In this document: piece after piece, positions 31,950-42,660 of the stretch
Layout: each line of letters starts with the position of its first letter
Position numbering within the stretch: position 1 is the first letter of the stretch
From: an uncultured Desulfospira sp.
Lineage (GTDB): Bacteria; Desulfobacterota; Desulfobacteria; Desulfobacterales; Desulfobacteraceae
Length of the DNA: 64,000 bases
NCBI GenBank assembly: GCA_963663165.1
Contig: OY760175.1
Coordinates: 1,760,001-1,824,000 of the forward strand
Direction: 5' to 3'
Made by a program: the position numbers and the translations under genes
The notes under the pieces: model-generated
The model's input: the letters and a program-made list of their open reading frames with translations, nothing else
Told to the model about the DNA's origin: nothing
Databases searched by the model: none

Positions 31950-32561
31950 ATGAGCAAAACGGCAGCCGAGCTATTAGCTGAGCTATCAAAAGATAAAAAA
32001 TGTCAGTTAAAAAAAGAAGCTCGTGCAAAACAAATATGAATTCGTGCAAAAAGGTTAAGTGCTGATGAAAAACCACTCATAAAAGCGCTATCTAAAGCCA
32101 ATGTGAGGGTATCCTCGGTTTGGGATTTAGTTAATTCTAATAAATCTTATAAAAATGCCATCCCAATTTTGATAGAGCATGTTAAAAAAGAGTATCATCC
32201 TAAAATACTGGCGGGTATAGCCAGAGCCTTAGCCTCGCCAGAAACAAACGATTTTGAGGGGGGGGGGGGAGTGCTTTATTGGAATTGTATAAAAATACAG
32301 AGCCTGATGAATCAATAAATGAACCGGAATTAAGAGGGTTTAAAGAAGGATTAGCTGTTGCGCTTTCGTTTTTATGCAATTCTGGAAGAGTGAAAGATAT
32401 ATTTTTTTTAATTGATGAAAAAAAAGCACGGCAATAGTAGGGTATTATTAGTAGACGGATTATCAAAATTTAAAGATGATCTTGAAGCAAGAAACATCCT
32501 GGAGTCGCTTTTTAACGATAAAGAATTGGGGGAGATAGCAAAAAAAGTTTGCAGAAATTAA
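31950..32561 (+). pseudogene. Disrupted helical/HEAT-like immunity gene
   Basis: MSKTAAELLAELSKD..., in-frame TGA at codon 30, then SVWDLVNSNKSYKNAIPILIEH. Frameshifts occur at the G12 tract (32258-32269) and near the A-run at about 32420. Confidence 0.65.
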
Positions 32562-32618
32562 GGCGGGTACAGTGCTGGTGATGAGATCAGAATATTTATT
32601 TAGACAACGAAATATTAG

Positions 32619-34118
32619 GCCCAAGGCAACATCCTCAAGGAGACGTTAGACCGGAACAGCACCAGCCAGACAAAAGAATACACCTACGATCACTTGGACA
32701 GACTGGTTGATGACACCGCTTCAACGACCTGGGGTTATGATGAAGTGGGGAACTGGCTGTCAACCAACCAGAACGGTGCGGCTGAAATCAGGGTCCCCAA
32801 TGATGATAATGAATACGCTTCCGTTGACGGCACGGCCTATACCTACGACAACAACGGTAACCTGACCTCGGATGGAATAAAGGACTATATTTACGACTGG
32901 GCAGACCGGCTTATCCAGGTTGAAAACAGCGGCCAGGTCCTGGCTGCGTATACTTATGATGCTTTGAACCGCAGGGTTACCCGGGTTGTCGGGACCGAAG
33001 CAACAACCTTTGTTTATGACGGATCAGATGTCATTGAAGAATACACGGATGGCGTATTCGACCGATCCTTTGTTTACGGCAGTACCATTGATGAACCGAT
33101 CCTTTTGGAAACCGGCGGCCTGCTTTATTATTATGTTGCCGGTCGCCAGGGAAGTGTCCGGGTGATTGCTGATGACACCGGCGCCCTGGTGGAATCGTAT
33201 GAATACAGTCCGTTCGGCCTGATGACCATCTATGACAACCAGGACCAGGACATCACGGTCACCGGCTCCACCATCGACAACCCGTTCGGATATACAGCCA
33301 GAAGATGGGATGCAGAATCAGGTCTATGGCATTATCGGAACCGCACGTATTCTGCTGAACTGGGCAGATTCTTGCAACGAGACCCGGCCGGGTATGTGGA
33401 TGGATTGAATCTTTATGTTGCATGCTTGAATAATCCCTTGCGGTACACTGACCCTGATGGGTTAATGGCACGGACCGCTTGGGATTATACCGAAAGATCA
33501 GGCGAACAGCTTCTTTTGGGAAATTATTCGGATGAAGTGACCCTGTTGGGGACGGGAGCCCAGATTGGGACCGGCCTTTTAGGTATTGATCTTCTGGGTG
33601 ATATAAGGGATATAAGTTATGATATTCAGAATTGGGAATGGTCATGGTCACATATAGGCCAAACTGCCCTTGATGTCGCAGGGGTTTTACCATTAGTCGG
33701 TGCCATAAAATACACTGATGAGACCAAAACACTTATTAAGGGACTGGATAACGTTGATGAAGTTGCTGATGTTTCAAAGAGATTGCCACAAGATATAAAA
33801 GTAAACTCAAATGCCCCAGACTCTTTGCCTACAAACAGACCTATTGGAAAGAGTACTACTCAAAACGCAGCAGCGCAAGCAAAGATAAAGGAACTTGAGG
33901 CAGCTGGTTACACTGACATTCGAGTAAATCAACAGCAGGTAAATGCTGGGGGAGAAAGGGTTGGCATCAATAGGCCTGATATCCAAGCTACAACACCAAG
34001 TGGTCAAAGGGTTTATATCGAATATGATACCTCACTTTCAAATAGAGGTCCTTTACATGAACAAAGAATAAACGCAAATGACCCATCAGGAACAGTTGAA
34101 TTATATAAGGTTGATTAA
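32619..34118 (+). CDS. Orphan Rhs module (3' core fragment + restriction-endonuclease-fold CT)
   Basis: Core homology starts abruptly at about 32619 (AQGNIL.ETLDRN); annotated ORF from 32694. CT has NRPDIQ...VYIEYD, a PD-(D/E)xK-like pattern. Confidence 0.8.
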   Translation, partial: AQGNILKETLDRNSTSQTKEYTYDHLDRLVDDTASTTWGYDEVGNWLSTNQNGAAEIRVPNDDNEYASVDGTAYTYDNNGNLTSDGIKDYIYDWADRLIQVENSGQVLAAYTYDALNRRVTRVVGTEATTFVYDGSDVIEEYTDGVFDRSFVYGSTIDEPILLETGGLLYYYVAGRQGSVRVIADDTGALVESYEYSPFGLMTIYDNQDQDITVTGSTIDNPFGYTARRWDAESGLWHYRNRTYSAELGRFLQRDPAGYVDGLNLYVACLNNPLRYTDPDGLMARTAWDYTERSGEQLLLGNYSDEVTLLGTGAQIGTGLLGIDLLGDIRDISYDIQNWEWSWSHIGQTALDVAGVLPLVGAIKYTDETKTLIKGLDNVDEVADVSKRLPQDIKVNSNAPDSLPTNRPIGKSTTQNAAAQAKIKELEAAGYTDIRVNQQQVNAGGERVGINRPDIQATTPSGQRVYIEYDTSLSNRGPLHEQRINANDPSGTVELYKVD

Positions 34119-34846
34119 TGAATTTTTTATTTAATAATACTATTTCACCAATAACATCACGTATTGGCTTTCTTGAAATTGGCCTTGAAGCCTCAGTGAC
34201 AGCGTATGAAGAGTGGATGGTCCCCATTTTGAAAGATTATGGATTTGAATTAGATAGAAAGATAATGAATTTGAATTTTAAGGAGACTCTACTGAAATTA
34301 CAGCCATTGGTGTCTCCAATTCGAACGAAATTTCTTTTCATTCCAACCGATAGTAACTGGACAGCTTTTTTAGATAACGGCTGGAGAGGTGCTGATGCAT
34401 CTCCCCCTATAAAGGTTCTTTCGAATAGGCTAAATTGTAAAGGGCTTGTATTCACAGCTATCCCACATACAATGCCAGCAAAGGTTGAAAATGAAACAAA
34501 AGGTCGTTATGGCTCGACAATTATGGAGGTTTATGGACCCGATGGCGACTTCCTCCGTACGATTTATTCTTCCAATGATGGAGGTAAATGGGTTTTTGGA
34601 GAAAGTGGTACCCCTTTTGATTTTGAAAATTTAACACTCTATAAGGCAAAAAAAATTTGTGATCGTTTCACTCCAGAAATTCTTGAAGAATATTTAATGA
34701 AGTTGGGAATTGAGGCTTTTAATGAGAGTTTTTATCTTCCTGATTCTTCTGATGTCTCAATTATGTTGACGAAAAGAGGCCCACTTCCAGCAAGTCATAA
34801 GGAATATTCATTGCATGAGGTTAGAGAAATGATGGGGGAAAATTAA
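34118..34846 (+). CDS. Putative immunity protein for orphan CT
   Basis: TAATG stop/start overlap with the toxin; AT-rich. Confidence 0.72.
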   Translation: MNFLFNNTISPITSRIGFLEIGLEASVTAYEEWMVPILKDYGFELDRKIMNLNFKETLLKLQPLVSPIRTKFLFIPTDSNWTAFLDNGWRGADASPPIKVLSNRLNCKGLVFTAIPHTMPAKVENETKGRYGSTIMEVYGPDGDFLRTIYSSNDGGKWVFGESGTPFDFENLTLYKAKKICDRFTPEILEEYLMKLGIEAFNESFYLPDSSDVSIMLTKRGPLPASHKEYSLHEVREMMGEN

Positions 34847-34944
34847 ATTTGTCGGTGGTCGGGGGGCGGCCCAAGCACATTTTTATAACCACTTGTTAAT
34901 AAACATTTTTTTTAAAATGAGGTAAAAACGACTCTTAGAAGTAC

Positions 34945-35043
34945 CATTTTAATACCCAAACTGCCATTTTAAGAAAACCGATGATATAAAAAGCCCATCC
35001 GGTTTCATTTCTTTTTGCCAAAAAGAATGATAGGGAAAAATCT
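34945..35043 (+). repeat. Rhs 5' leader repeat copy
   Basis: cattttaagaaaaccgatgatataaaaagcccatccggtttcatttc...gatagggaaaaatct-ATG. Confidence 0.8.
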
Positions 35044-38000
35044 ATGAATGCTGTTACCAGAAACGGATGGGCTTCACATTTTGCCGTTGTCATTATTATG
35101 ATATCGGCCTGTTTGTGTTTCCTGCCTTATTCTTCTTCTTTTAGCAGCGAAGCATCCCCTTCAATCATCACATCCCCTGATTATGTCGATACCGGCCCCA
35201 TCTCTCTGGATACGGGCAGCTTAAGCGCCACAACCCAGACCGACTGGCGGGCCACCTACACCATAGAAACCGATGAAACCGGCAATACCGCCACATTCAT
35301 CCAAAAAGCTTCGGAAGCCGTCAACGCAGCCATATCCGCCATTGGCGATCCGGTAGACATGGCAAGCGGTGAGTTCTACACGGAAGAAAATCCCGATTTC
35401 CTGATCAAATCCCGGGGGCTTGATTTATCCATTATCCGTAAATACAGAAGCCAATTGATCTACAACGGCCCCTTTGGGTATGGCTGGACCTGGAAGCATG
35501 CAGAGCGCATCCTGCCCCTGAGCGGGGGGGACGTCAAGTATTATAAAAACAACGGTGACGCCCTGGATCTAACCTCCAACGGGAACGGGACATATACCTA
35601 TCCTCCGGGGTCCGAGTTTATTCTGGCCATAGAATCCGGCCAATACGTCATCACCCAAAACCGGACCCGGCAAAAATCCTATTTTTCCGACCAGGGGTAT
35701 CTGGTCAGGAAAGAGGACCGGTTCGGCAATACCCTGACATTTGGATATGGCAATACCAGCTATCCGGGTCAAATTACCGCCATAACGGACGGCCTTGGCA
35801 GATCCCTTACCCTGGCCTATAACTCAAACGGTAAAGTCATCAGTATCACGGACTTTGAGGGCCGGTCCTGTTCCTACCTTTACAGTGACATAAGTTCCGG
35901 AGACGGGCTTGGAGACGACCTGATTGAGTTCAGAGGCCTTGATTACCAAACCAGCCTTGATAACGCCACCCGGTACGAATATTTGTCCAATCAGGAAAAC
36001 GTATACCTGAACCATAACATGACCAAGTACACCCTGCCGGGCGGGGATTATCTTGAGATCGGGTATTATAAAAACGACCAGGCGGCCTATCATACCAACG
36101 CCAAGGGCGAGACCTTCAACTTCATGTACAGCCGGTTGAACCGGTATGCAGAAACCTGGAACGAAGAGGGGTATTACCGGAAGGTCTTTTTCAACGAAGC
36201 CAATGACGTTATCCGGGTCGCCAATGAGGACGGCACCATTGAACAGATGGAGTATGATGAATACGGCCATCACAACAAGATTTCTCATACGGATGGCAAC
36301 GGCTATACCACCACGTTCCAATACTATCCAGACGGTGCAGCCGATCCGCAAGCTTATGTCAAAAAACGGAATCTGTATCTTAAAACCGATGCCATAGGCC
36401 GCGCCTGGACTTATCAGTACAATGATACAAACAACGTCTATGCACCGTCCCAGGCAACAGACCCTGCCGGTAATATCACCCGGTTTGAATATTATACCAA
36501 CGGCAGCCTGCACAAAAAAATCCAGGCACCGGGGTATGCCTTTGATGCCAATGGTGACCTTGTATCGAACACAAACGCCCCGGGTTTTGAAACCGTATAC
36601 GAGTATGACGCTTACGGGAATATCACCAGAATCACGGATCCGTCAGGCCAATATAAAGAACTGACCTACGATACAAACAGTCTTTATCTTGTGACCCAAA
36701 AAGATAAACGGGGCAACGAAACCCAATACCGGTACTACGAGGATTTTACGGAAAACATGCCCATAGGGGCGGTTAAATCCGTAACGGTCAAATCCGGAAC
36801 CAGTGAATACACCACCACCTATGAGTATGACCAGCTGGGCCGGAAAACCAAGGAAACAGATCCGCTATCCCAGGCAACCCAATACCAGTACACCCTTGAC
36901 GGGAAGCTTGAAAAAATCACTAAGCCCAACGGTGCCGTAACCCAACATATCTATGACACGGCCAGGGACATCGTGTCCGGAGCCCAGATCATAGAAACCA
37001 TAGATCCGTTGGGTAATTCCGTGCACTTTTCCTATGACGCCACAGGCAAGCCGATTAAAAAGCAGGATAAGAACGGGAACGTTTTCACCTTTGCCTATGA
37101 CAAAATGGGCCGCCTCGCCAAAGAGGTTGATCCATTCAGGGCCGTCAAACACTATGTTTATGACGGCAACGGCAACAAAACCGCTATTAAGCTTTATGAT
37201 CAGGCTGGAGTTCTGCTCAAGGAAACCCAATTCACCTATAACGCCGCCAACCAGCTAGTGGAAAAAACCATCCCCTGCGACTTTGAAGAAGATGGGTGTG
37301 AAAAGACGGTTCAGTACCAATACACCCTTGACGGTAAACCACAGAGCCAGACCATTGTTTTTCCGGAAGGGGACGATTTAGTCACCTATTATGAATACAA
37401 TGCCCTGGGCCAGTTAATACAGGAAACCAAAGGATACGGAACTGATGACGCCCGGGCCACCCAATACAGACATGACGCCCTGGGCCGGTTGACCCGGACC
37501 ATATTCCCCTTAGGCAATTCTGAGGTCCGTGAATATGATGCCAACGGCAATGTAACTGCCGTAAAGATCTATGACCAGTCCGGCACCCTGCTGGAAGAGA
37601 CTGAAAATATTTATGATGCCCGTAATCTTCTGGTTGAAACCGTCGATCCCCTGGAAAACAGCACATACTACACCTATGACGCCCTTGGAAGAAAAACGGA
37701 ACAATTTCAATTCCTGACCGAATCCGGGGATATGATCCAGTACCAGTGGCAGTATGATGCCGTGGGCAACCTGGCCCAGGAAACCGATCCCCTGGGCCGG
37801 CTGACCCGGCACGGATATGACCTGAACGACCAAAAGGCCAAAACCGTTGACGCCCTGGGCCAGACCACTGCATTTGAGTACGACCCCAACGGGAACCTGA
37901 CATCCGTTACCAATCCGGACCAAAGCCGGACCACAACCTATTATGATGCCCTGAACCGGAAAATCGGTGTTGAAGATGAGCTGGGCCATATCCAAACCTT

Positions 38001-40911
38001 TGATTACGATGAAGACTCCAACCTGGTGGCTCACCTGGATGCCCGGAAGGGGATCACCACCTTTGAATATGACGCAGCCAACCGGCTGAGAAGAAAAACC
38101 AATGCCCTGGGAAATACTGAAGAGACCGAATATGACCCGGCCGACCGGATCATCCGGAAAACAGACCCACGGGGAATTATAACCCTGCTTTCATATGATG
38201 CCGCAAGCAACCTGATCAGCCAAACCCTGGCTTCCGGCACAGATGATGAGACCGTCACCCAGTTTGAATATGACCTCAACAACCGGAAAACCCGGGAGAT
38301 CCATGTAATAACCGAAGGGAACCAGATTACGGCCTTTGAGTATGACGATCGGGGCTTGCTGACCCACAGGAAAAACGGGTTTCACACCGGTTCCCCGGAA
38401 ACCTGGGAGTATGAATATGACGAAGCCGGGCAACTGACGGCAACCACTGACCCCAACGGCAACACCACCCAGGTGTTCTATGATGCCGTTGGCCGCAAGA
38501 AAGCCCAAACCCAGGCCCAGGGCCTGGTGAAATATTACTGGGAGTACGACCTAGCCGGAAACGTCACCCTTGAAAGAAAACCCGAGGGAGAAGAAATCCA
38601 GAACGCCTATGATGCCCTCAACCGTCTTGTTCTGGAAACCAGGGGAGGCGACCAGCGCCGGTTTGAATATGACAGCAGGGGCCGTCTTACCCGTGAAGGA
38701 AACTTTAACGGGGATGCCACGCAATATCAATATGATTCAGCCGGCAGAATGATTCAAAAAACAGAAGCCGCCGGTACGGTCGATGAAGCCGTAAGTACGT
38801 ATGAATATGATGAAAACGGTAACCTGGTTGCTGTCACCAATCCTTTGCTCAAAACAGTGTCCTTTGAATATGATGCATTGAATCAGCGTATTACAGAAAC
38901 CGACAGTGACGGGGATTCAAAAACCATCACCTATGATGAAAACGGCAATGTCCTGGCCATTGAGAAAAAGGACGGCACAGACATAGAGTATGTCTGGGAT
39001 AATCTGAACCGGAAGACCGAGGTAATAGTTGGCAGCACCACTAAGCAAACCTTTGGTTATGACGAGCTTTCCAGGCTGGTTACTGCAACAGACAGCACCC
39101 ACACAACCACGTTCGCTTACAACGACTACGGACGCCTGGTAACAGAAACCCAAGGGTCTTATGAAGTTGCAAAGCTCTACGATGCCAACGGAAATAAAAC
39201 CCAAATTACCTATCCTTCAGGCCGGGTAGTTGAAAAAACCTACAATGAAAATGATGCCCTGTCAGAAATCCTATATCAGGGCAGTTCCATTGCAAGTCTT
39301 ACCCATGACCGGAACAACCGCCTGACAGCCGTGTCCTACGGAAACGGGACAGGCCTTGCCCTGGCATATGATGAACGGGAACGTGAAATCTCAAGAAGTT
39401 ATACAGGTTCCCTCTTTGCCCAGACAACGGAATATGACGCCCAGGGCAACATCCTCGAAGAGGCGTTAAATCGAAACGGCACCAGCCAGACAAAAGATTA
39501 CACCTACGACCATCTGGACAGGGTTGTCACAGCCACGCCTTTAACAACCTGGGATTATGATGCTGTGGGCAACTGGCTGTCTACCAACCAGAACGGTGCT
39601 GCCGAAACCAGAATGTCCAATGATGACAATGAATACACATCCATTGACGGTACGGCCTATACCCATGACGCCAACGGCAACCTGACCACGGACGGAACAA
39701 AAGACTATGTTTACGACTGGGCAGACCGGCTTATCCGGATAGAGGAGAGCTCCCAGATCCTGGCTGAGTACACTTATGATGCTGTGAACCGCAGGGTCAC
39801 CAAAACGGTGGGAACAACCGTAACCACCTTCATTTACGACGAAACAGATGTCATTGAAGAATACACCGACGGTGTATTTGACCGGGCCTTTGTTTACCGT
39901 AATACCATTGATAAACCAATCCTTCTGGAAACCGGCAGCCAGCTTTATTACTACATTACCGGGCGCCAGGGAAGCGTCCGGGCAATTGTTGATGACACCG
40001 GGACGTTGGTGGAATCGTACGAGTATACCCCCTTTGGCCTGATGACCATCTACGACAACCAGGGACAGGACATCACCGCAACCGGCTCCGCCATCAGCAA
40101 CCCGTTCGGATACACCGGCAGAAGATGGGATGGTGAATCCGGCCTGTGGTATTACCGAAACCGGATGTACTCTGCTGAATTAGGCCGGTTTCTCCAGCGG
40201 GACCCGGCCGGGTATGTCGATGGGCTTAATCTTTATATCTACGTCTCAAATAACCCTTTGCGGTTCACTGACCCTGACGGATTGATGGCGAAGGCTGCTT
40301 ATGACTATGTCAGCACTGATGTGTCAAATTGGTATGATAACAGTTTTTCATCAGTAATCTACGAAGATACCCCTGATAGAAAATACCTGCCGGTCATGAC
40401 GAATAATAATGACCTGCCTTTTTTAAGTGCTGCTATTCAAAATAACCTTCTTGCTCCTGCATGGAATACAGCAGCGAGCAGCCTCAATACTTTAAAGCAT
40501 GTTCAATCCGGCGTGCCGGTTTCTGAGTGGGAGCTTTTAGAAACTGCAGCTCTTATGGCACCTCTATCCAGAACTGTTACGAATAGTGCGAAGTATATTG
40601 GTTCTAAAATAGGCCCAAAGAGGGGAGTATTTCCCAAGAACGCAGATGATCTTCTATCCGAAATTCCAAGAAATAAAAAAGGACAAATTATCCCAAGTGA
40701 CAAGGTACGCATCCGTCCTGAGCAACACGCACTCAAACCTGGTGAAACATATGCACCACGGCACCATGGCCAACATTATCATGTCGAAATAAGAAAAAAC
40801 GTTAACAAAAGCTGGAATAATAAGAAAAACGTTATAAAAGTAAAGCCAGACAACTACGTTCAAGGTGAAGGAACTGGATTCTTGCCTGGTGAAAAATATC
40901 CGGGACTTTGA
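35044..40911 (+). CDS. Rhs4: signal-peptide Rhs toxin with basic His-rich CT (probable nuclease)
   Basis: MNAVTRNGW start; Rhs core; SNNPLRFTDPDG; CT RHHGQHYHVE. Confidence 0.9.
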   Translation: MNAVTRNGWASHFAVVIIMISACLCFLPYSSSFSSEASPSIITSPDYVDTGPISLDTGSLSATTQTDWRATYTIETDETGNTATFIQKASEAVNAAISAIGDPVDMASGEFYTEENPDFLIKSRGLDLSIIRKYRSQLIYNGPFGYGWTWKHAERILPLSGGDVKYYKNNGDALDLTSNGNGTYTYPPGSEFILAIESGQYVITQNRTRQKSYFSDQGYLVRKEDRFGNTLTFGYGNTSYPGQITAITDGLGRSLTLAYNSNGKVISITDFEGRSCSYLYSDISSGDGLGDDLIEFRGLDYQTSLDNATRYEYLSNQENVYLNHNMTKYTLPGGDYLEIGYYKNDQAAYHTNAKGETFNFMYSRLNRYAETWNEEGYYRKVFFNEANDVIRVANEDGTIEQMEYDEYGHHNKISHTDGNGYTTTFQYYPDGAADPQAYVKKRNLYLKTDAIGRAWTYQYNDTNNVYAPSQATDPAGNITRFEYYTNGSLHKKIQAPGYAFDANGDLVSNTNAPGFETVYEYDAYGNITRITDPSGQYKELTYDTNSLYLVTQKDKRGNETQYRYYEDFTENMPIGAVKSVTVKSGTSEYTTTYEYDQLGRKTKETDPLSQATQYQYTLDGKLEKITKPNGAVTQHIYDTARDIVSGAQIIETIDPLGNSVHFSYDATGKPIKKQDKNGNVFTFAYDKMGRLAKEVDPFRAVKHYVYDGNGNKTAIKLYDQAGVLLKETQFTYNAANQLVEKTIPCDFEEDGCEKTVQYQYTLDGKPQSQTIVFPEGDDLVTYYEYNALGQLIQETKGYGTDDARATQYRHDALGRLTRTIFPLGNSEVREYDANGNVTAVKIYDQSGTLLEETENIYDARNLLVETVDPLENSTYYTYDALGRKTEQFQFLTESGDMIQYQWQYDAVGNLAQETDPLGRLTRHGYDLNDQKAKTVDALGQTTAFEYDPNGNLTSVTNPDQSRTTTYYDALNRKIGVEDELGHIQTFDYDEDSNLVAHLDARKGITTFEYDAANRLRRKTNALGNTEETEYDPADRIIRKTDPRGIITLLSYDAASNLISQTLASGTDDETVTQFEYDLNNRKTREIHVITEGNQITAFEYDDRGLLTHRKNGFHTGSPETWEYEYDEAGQLTATTDPNGNTTQVFYDAVGRKKAQTQAQGLVKYYWEYDLAGNVTLERKPEGEEIQNAYDALNRLVLETRGGDQRRFEYDSRGRLTREGNFNGDATQYQYDSAGRMIQKTEAAGTVDEAVSTYEYDENGNLVAVTNPLLKTVSFEYDALNQRITETDSDGDSKTITYDENGNVLAIEKKDGTDIEYVWDNLNRKTEVIVGSTTKQTFGYDELSRLVTATDSTHTTTFAYNDYGRLVTETQGSYEVAKLYDANGNKTQITYPSGRVVEKTYNENDALSEILYQGSSIASLTHDRNNRLTAVSYGNGTGLALAYDEREREISRSYTGSLFAQTTEYDAQGNILEEALNRNGTSQTKDYTYDHLDRVVTATPLTTWDYDAVGNWLSTNQNGAAETRMSNDDNEYTSIDGTAYTHDANGNLTTDGTKDYVYDWADRLIRIEESSQILAEYTYDAVNRRVTKTVGTTVTTFIYDETDVIEEYTDGVFDRAFVYRNTIDKPILLETGSQLYYYITGRQGSVRAIVDDTGTLVESYEYTPFGLMTIYDNQGQDITATGSAISNPFGYTGRRWDGESGLWYYRNRMYSAELGRFLQRDPAGYVDGLNLYIYVSNNPLRFTDPDGLMAKAAYDYVSTDVSNWYDNSFSSVIYEDTPDRKYLPVMTNNNDLPFLSAAIQNNLLAPAWNTAASSLNTLKHVQSGVPVSEWELLETAALMAPLSRTVTNSAKYIGSKIGPKRGVFPKNADDLLSEIPRNKKGQIIPSDKVRIRPEQHALKPGETYAPRHHGQHYHVEIRKNVNKSWNNKKNVIKVKPDNYVQGEGTGFLPGEKYPGL

Positions 40912-41258
40912 TTATGATAAAAAGGGATTCAGTAAATTTTGAAATAGGTTTCGCTGATGGAGAAGTTATCTCGTATAATCGAAAAAACGATAATTTGATA
41001 ATATCGGTAAAAGCATGGAACGAGAAAACAATCTTGGTTCTTTGCAAAGATTTAATAGGTTTTTTTGATAAGGGTGCTTGGGATATCTCAGATTTTTGTG
41101 AAGTTAAATCTGAAACTAATTTGCTTAGGGAAGTATTGAATAGGCAATTTGAGAAGCCCCCCAAAGATCATGGATATAAAGTGTTTCAGTTTTTAGATAT
41201 CGATGATCAAGTAGTTATAGAAGTTATCTGCTCTGAGATAGAAATTAACATGGAATAA
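40908..41258 (+). CDS. Putative immunity protein for Rhs4 CT
   Basis: Overlaps the toxin stop; small and AT-rich. Confidence 0.7.
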   Translation: MIMIKRDSVNFEIGFADGEVISYNRKNDNLIISVKAWNEKTILVLCKDLIGFFDKGAWDISDFCEVKSETNLLREVLNRQFEKPPKDHGYKVFQFLDIDDQVVIEVICSEIEINME

Positions 41259-41347
41259 AAAGACAGGAGACAGGACGGACAGAGACAGGGGACAAATTAT
41301 GCCCTTTTAATTTTCCACCGTCTTTGCTACCCCACCGCCTGTCATAA

Positions 41348-41584
41348 TTCGAAGGAGATAATCTGGTAAGTCTTAAAACAGTTGATACCACAGGCAAAAC
41401 TTGGCTCAAAAGAATGCAAGACCATATTGATGACTTAGGAACAAGAGGAGCCACAGTTGATGGTCAGCAAGCAAATATGATTTTAGATTTACGAGTACAA
41501 CCTGGTGGTTCTTCAACCGCTCAGTCCTTAATTCAATATGGGCGTGAAAACAACGTAACTGTAATACTCAAGGAATTTAATTAA
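41348..41584 (+). pseudogene. Remnant toxin tip resembling CdiA EC869-type endonuclease toxins
   Basis: Start-less frame FEGDNLVSLKTVDTTGKTWLKRMQDHIDDLG...LIQYGRENNVTVILKEFN*; the stop is immediately followed by ATG 41585. Confidence 0.55.
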
Positions 41585-42304
41585 ATGTCATTAGCTGTAG
41601 AAATTATTTTTAAATATATGGCACTTGAGCCCGTTGTTATCTGGCAAAAGATTATGAAGGTGCATTCAAATATTTTTCCTTCAAATCATAAGGGGACATT
41701 TTATGATAGTGAGATTACCTTTTCTAACGTTGAAAAAGCTATAAAGAAAAAAAACAAACCACATTTTCTTATTGAATTTGATAATGCTGTATTTAGATAC
41801 AGTTCTGTTGGTAACCATGACCATTCTTTTTTAACAATCAAAAAATGTATTAAAAAGATAAACGATACCCATAACTGGGTAAGCCCATTTCTTGTTTGCG
41901 ACGCTTTTGTGCAGGCTCGGGTGTATAATAAGGAATACGAGTTTTGGCAAAATGCATCCGATCCATTAGAATATGAGTCGGCAGGAAGGAAATATGACCA
42001 TCTCCCTATGAAATCTAATGGTCTTCCACCTCCATTGGAGCAAATAATTATTGACACATCTGCAAATCCTGGACGGCGTATACTGCGTGATGGTTACGTT
42101 GAAGCTATCGGATCATTAATGTGGTTGGGAAAACAGTTTTGGCAGTTAACAGGGACAAAGCAAGAAACAGTATCAAATGTAGGTTGGATAAATTGCAAAC
42201 ATATATCATCTAATGTTTTACTCATTAAAGCCAAGGATGATCTCTTTTCAAGCAGTGAGGATGGCAAGCTTCAAGATAAGCTGCGGTCATTGCTTTTTCC
42301 GTGA
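41585..42304 (+). CDS. Putative (orphan) immunity protein
   Basis: Intact AT-rich ORF directly behind the toxin remnant. Confidence 0.65.
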   Translation: MSLAVEIIFKYMALEPVVIWQKIMKVHSNIFPSNHKGTFYDSEITFSNVEKAIKKKNKPHFLIEFDNAVFRYSSVGNHDHSFLTIKKCIKKINDTHNWVSPFLVCDAFVQARVYNKEYEFWQNASDPLEYESAGRKYDHLPMKSNGLPPPLEQIIIDTSANPGRRILRDGYVEAIGSLMWLGKQFWQLTGTKQETVSNVGWINCKHISSNVLLIKAKDDLFSSSEDGKLQDKLRSLLFP

Positions 42305-42311
42305 TTCGGGG

Positions 42312-42484
42312 CCGGTCCGAGCTAACCATAAGGAATCAAACGACTAATTGTTTTAGACGGGGCTTAAAACCATTTTAAACAACCGTTTTGGGCCCCCAAA
42401 TAACCATTTTAAGAAAATCGATGCCATAAAAAGCCCATTCGGTTTCATTTCCTTTTGCCAAAAAAGAATGACAGGGATAACCAT
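42312..42484 (+). repeat. Rhs 5' leader repeat copy
   Basis: Near-identical to 17991-18143 and continuing to the ATG at 42485. Confidence 0.85.
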
Positions 42485-42587
42485 ATGAACTTCCTTACCA
42501 GAAACGGATGGGCTTCACATTTTGCCGTTGTCATCGTTATGATATCGGCCTGTTTGTGTTTCCAGCCGTATTCTTTAGCTTTTGGTG
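42485..42587 (+). pseudogene. Truncated Rhs 5' end (signal peptide only)
   Basis: MNFLTRNGWASHFAVVIVMISACLCFQPYS matches the Rhs2/Rhs4 N-terminus, then breaks at the ggaact stutter. Confidence 0.8.
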
Positions 42588-42660
42588 GGTGGAACTGGTG
42601 GAACTGGGGTTGGAACTGCAGTGCGTGGGGTCAGGTCTTGAAATATAAGATTTTACCAAC

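Noticed and set aside
32258..32269. G12 tract as a phase-variation switch
   Set aside because: The gene also has an upstream in-frame stop and a second frameshift, so slippage alone cannot restore it.
9214..40911. Dozens of minus-strand and off-frame ORFs within Rhs genes
   Set aside because: They are shadow ORFs of repetitive coding sequence and recur identically wherever the cores are duplicated.
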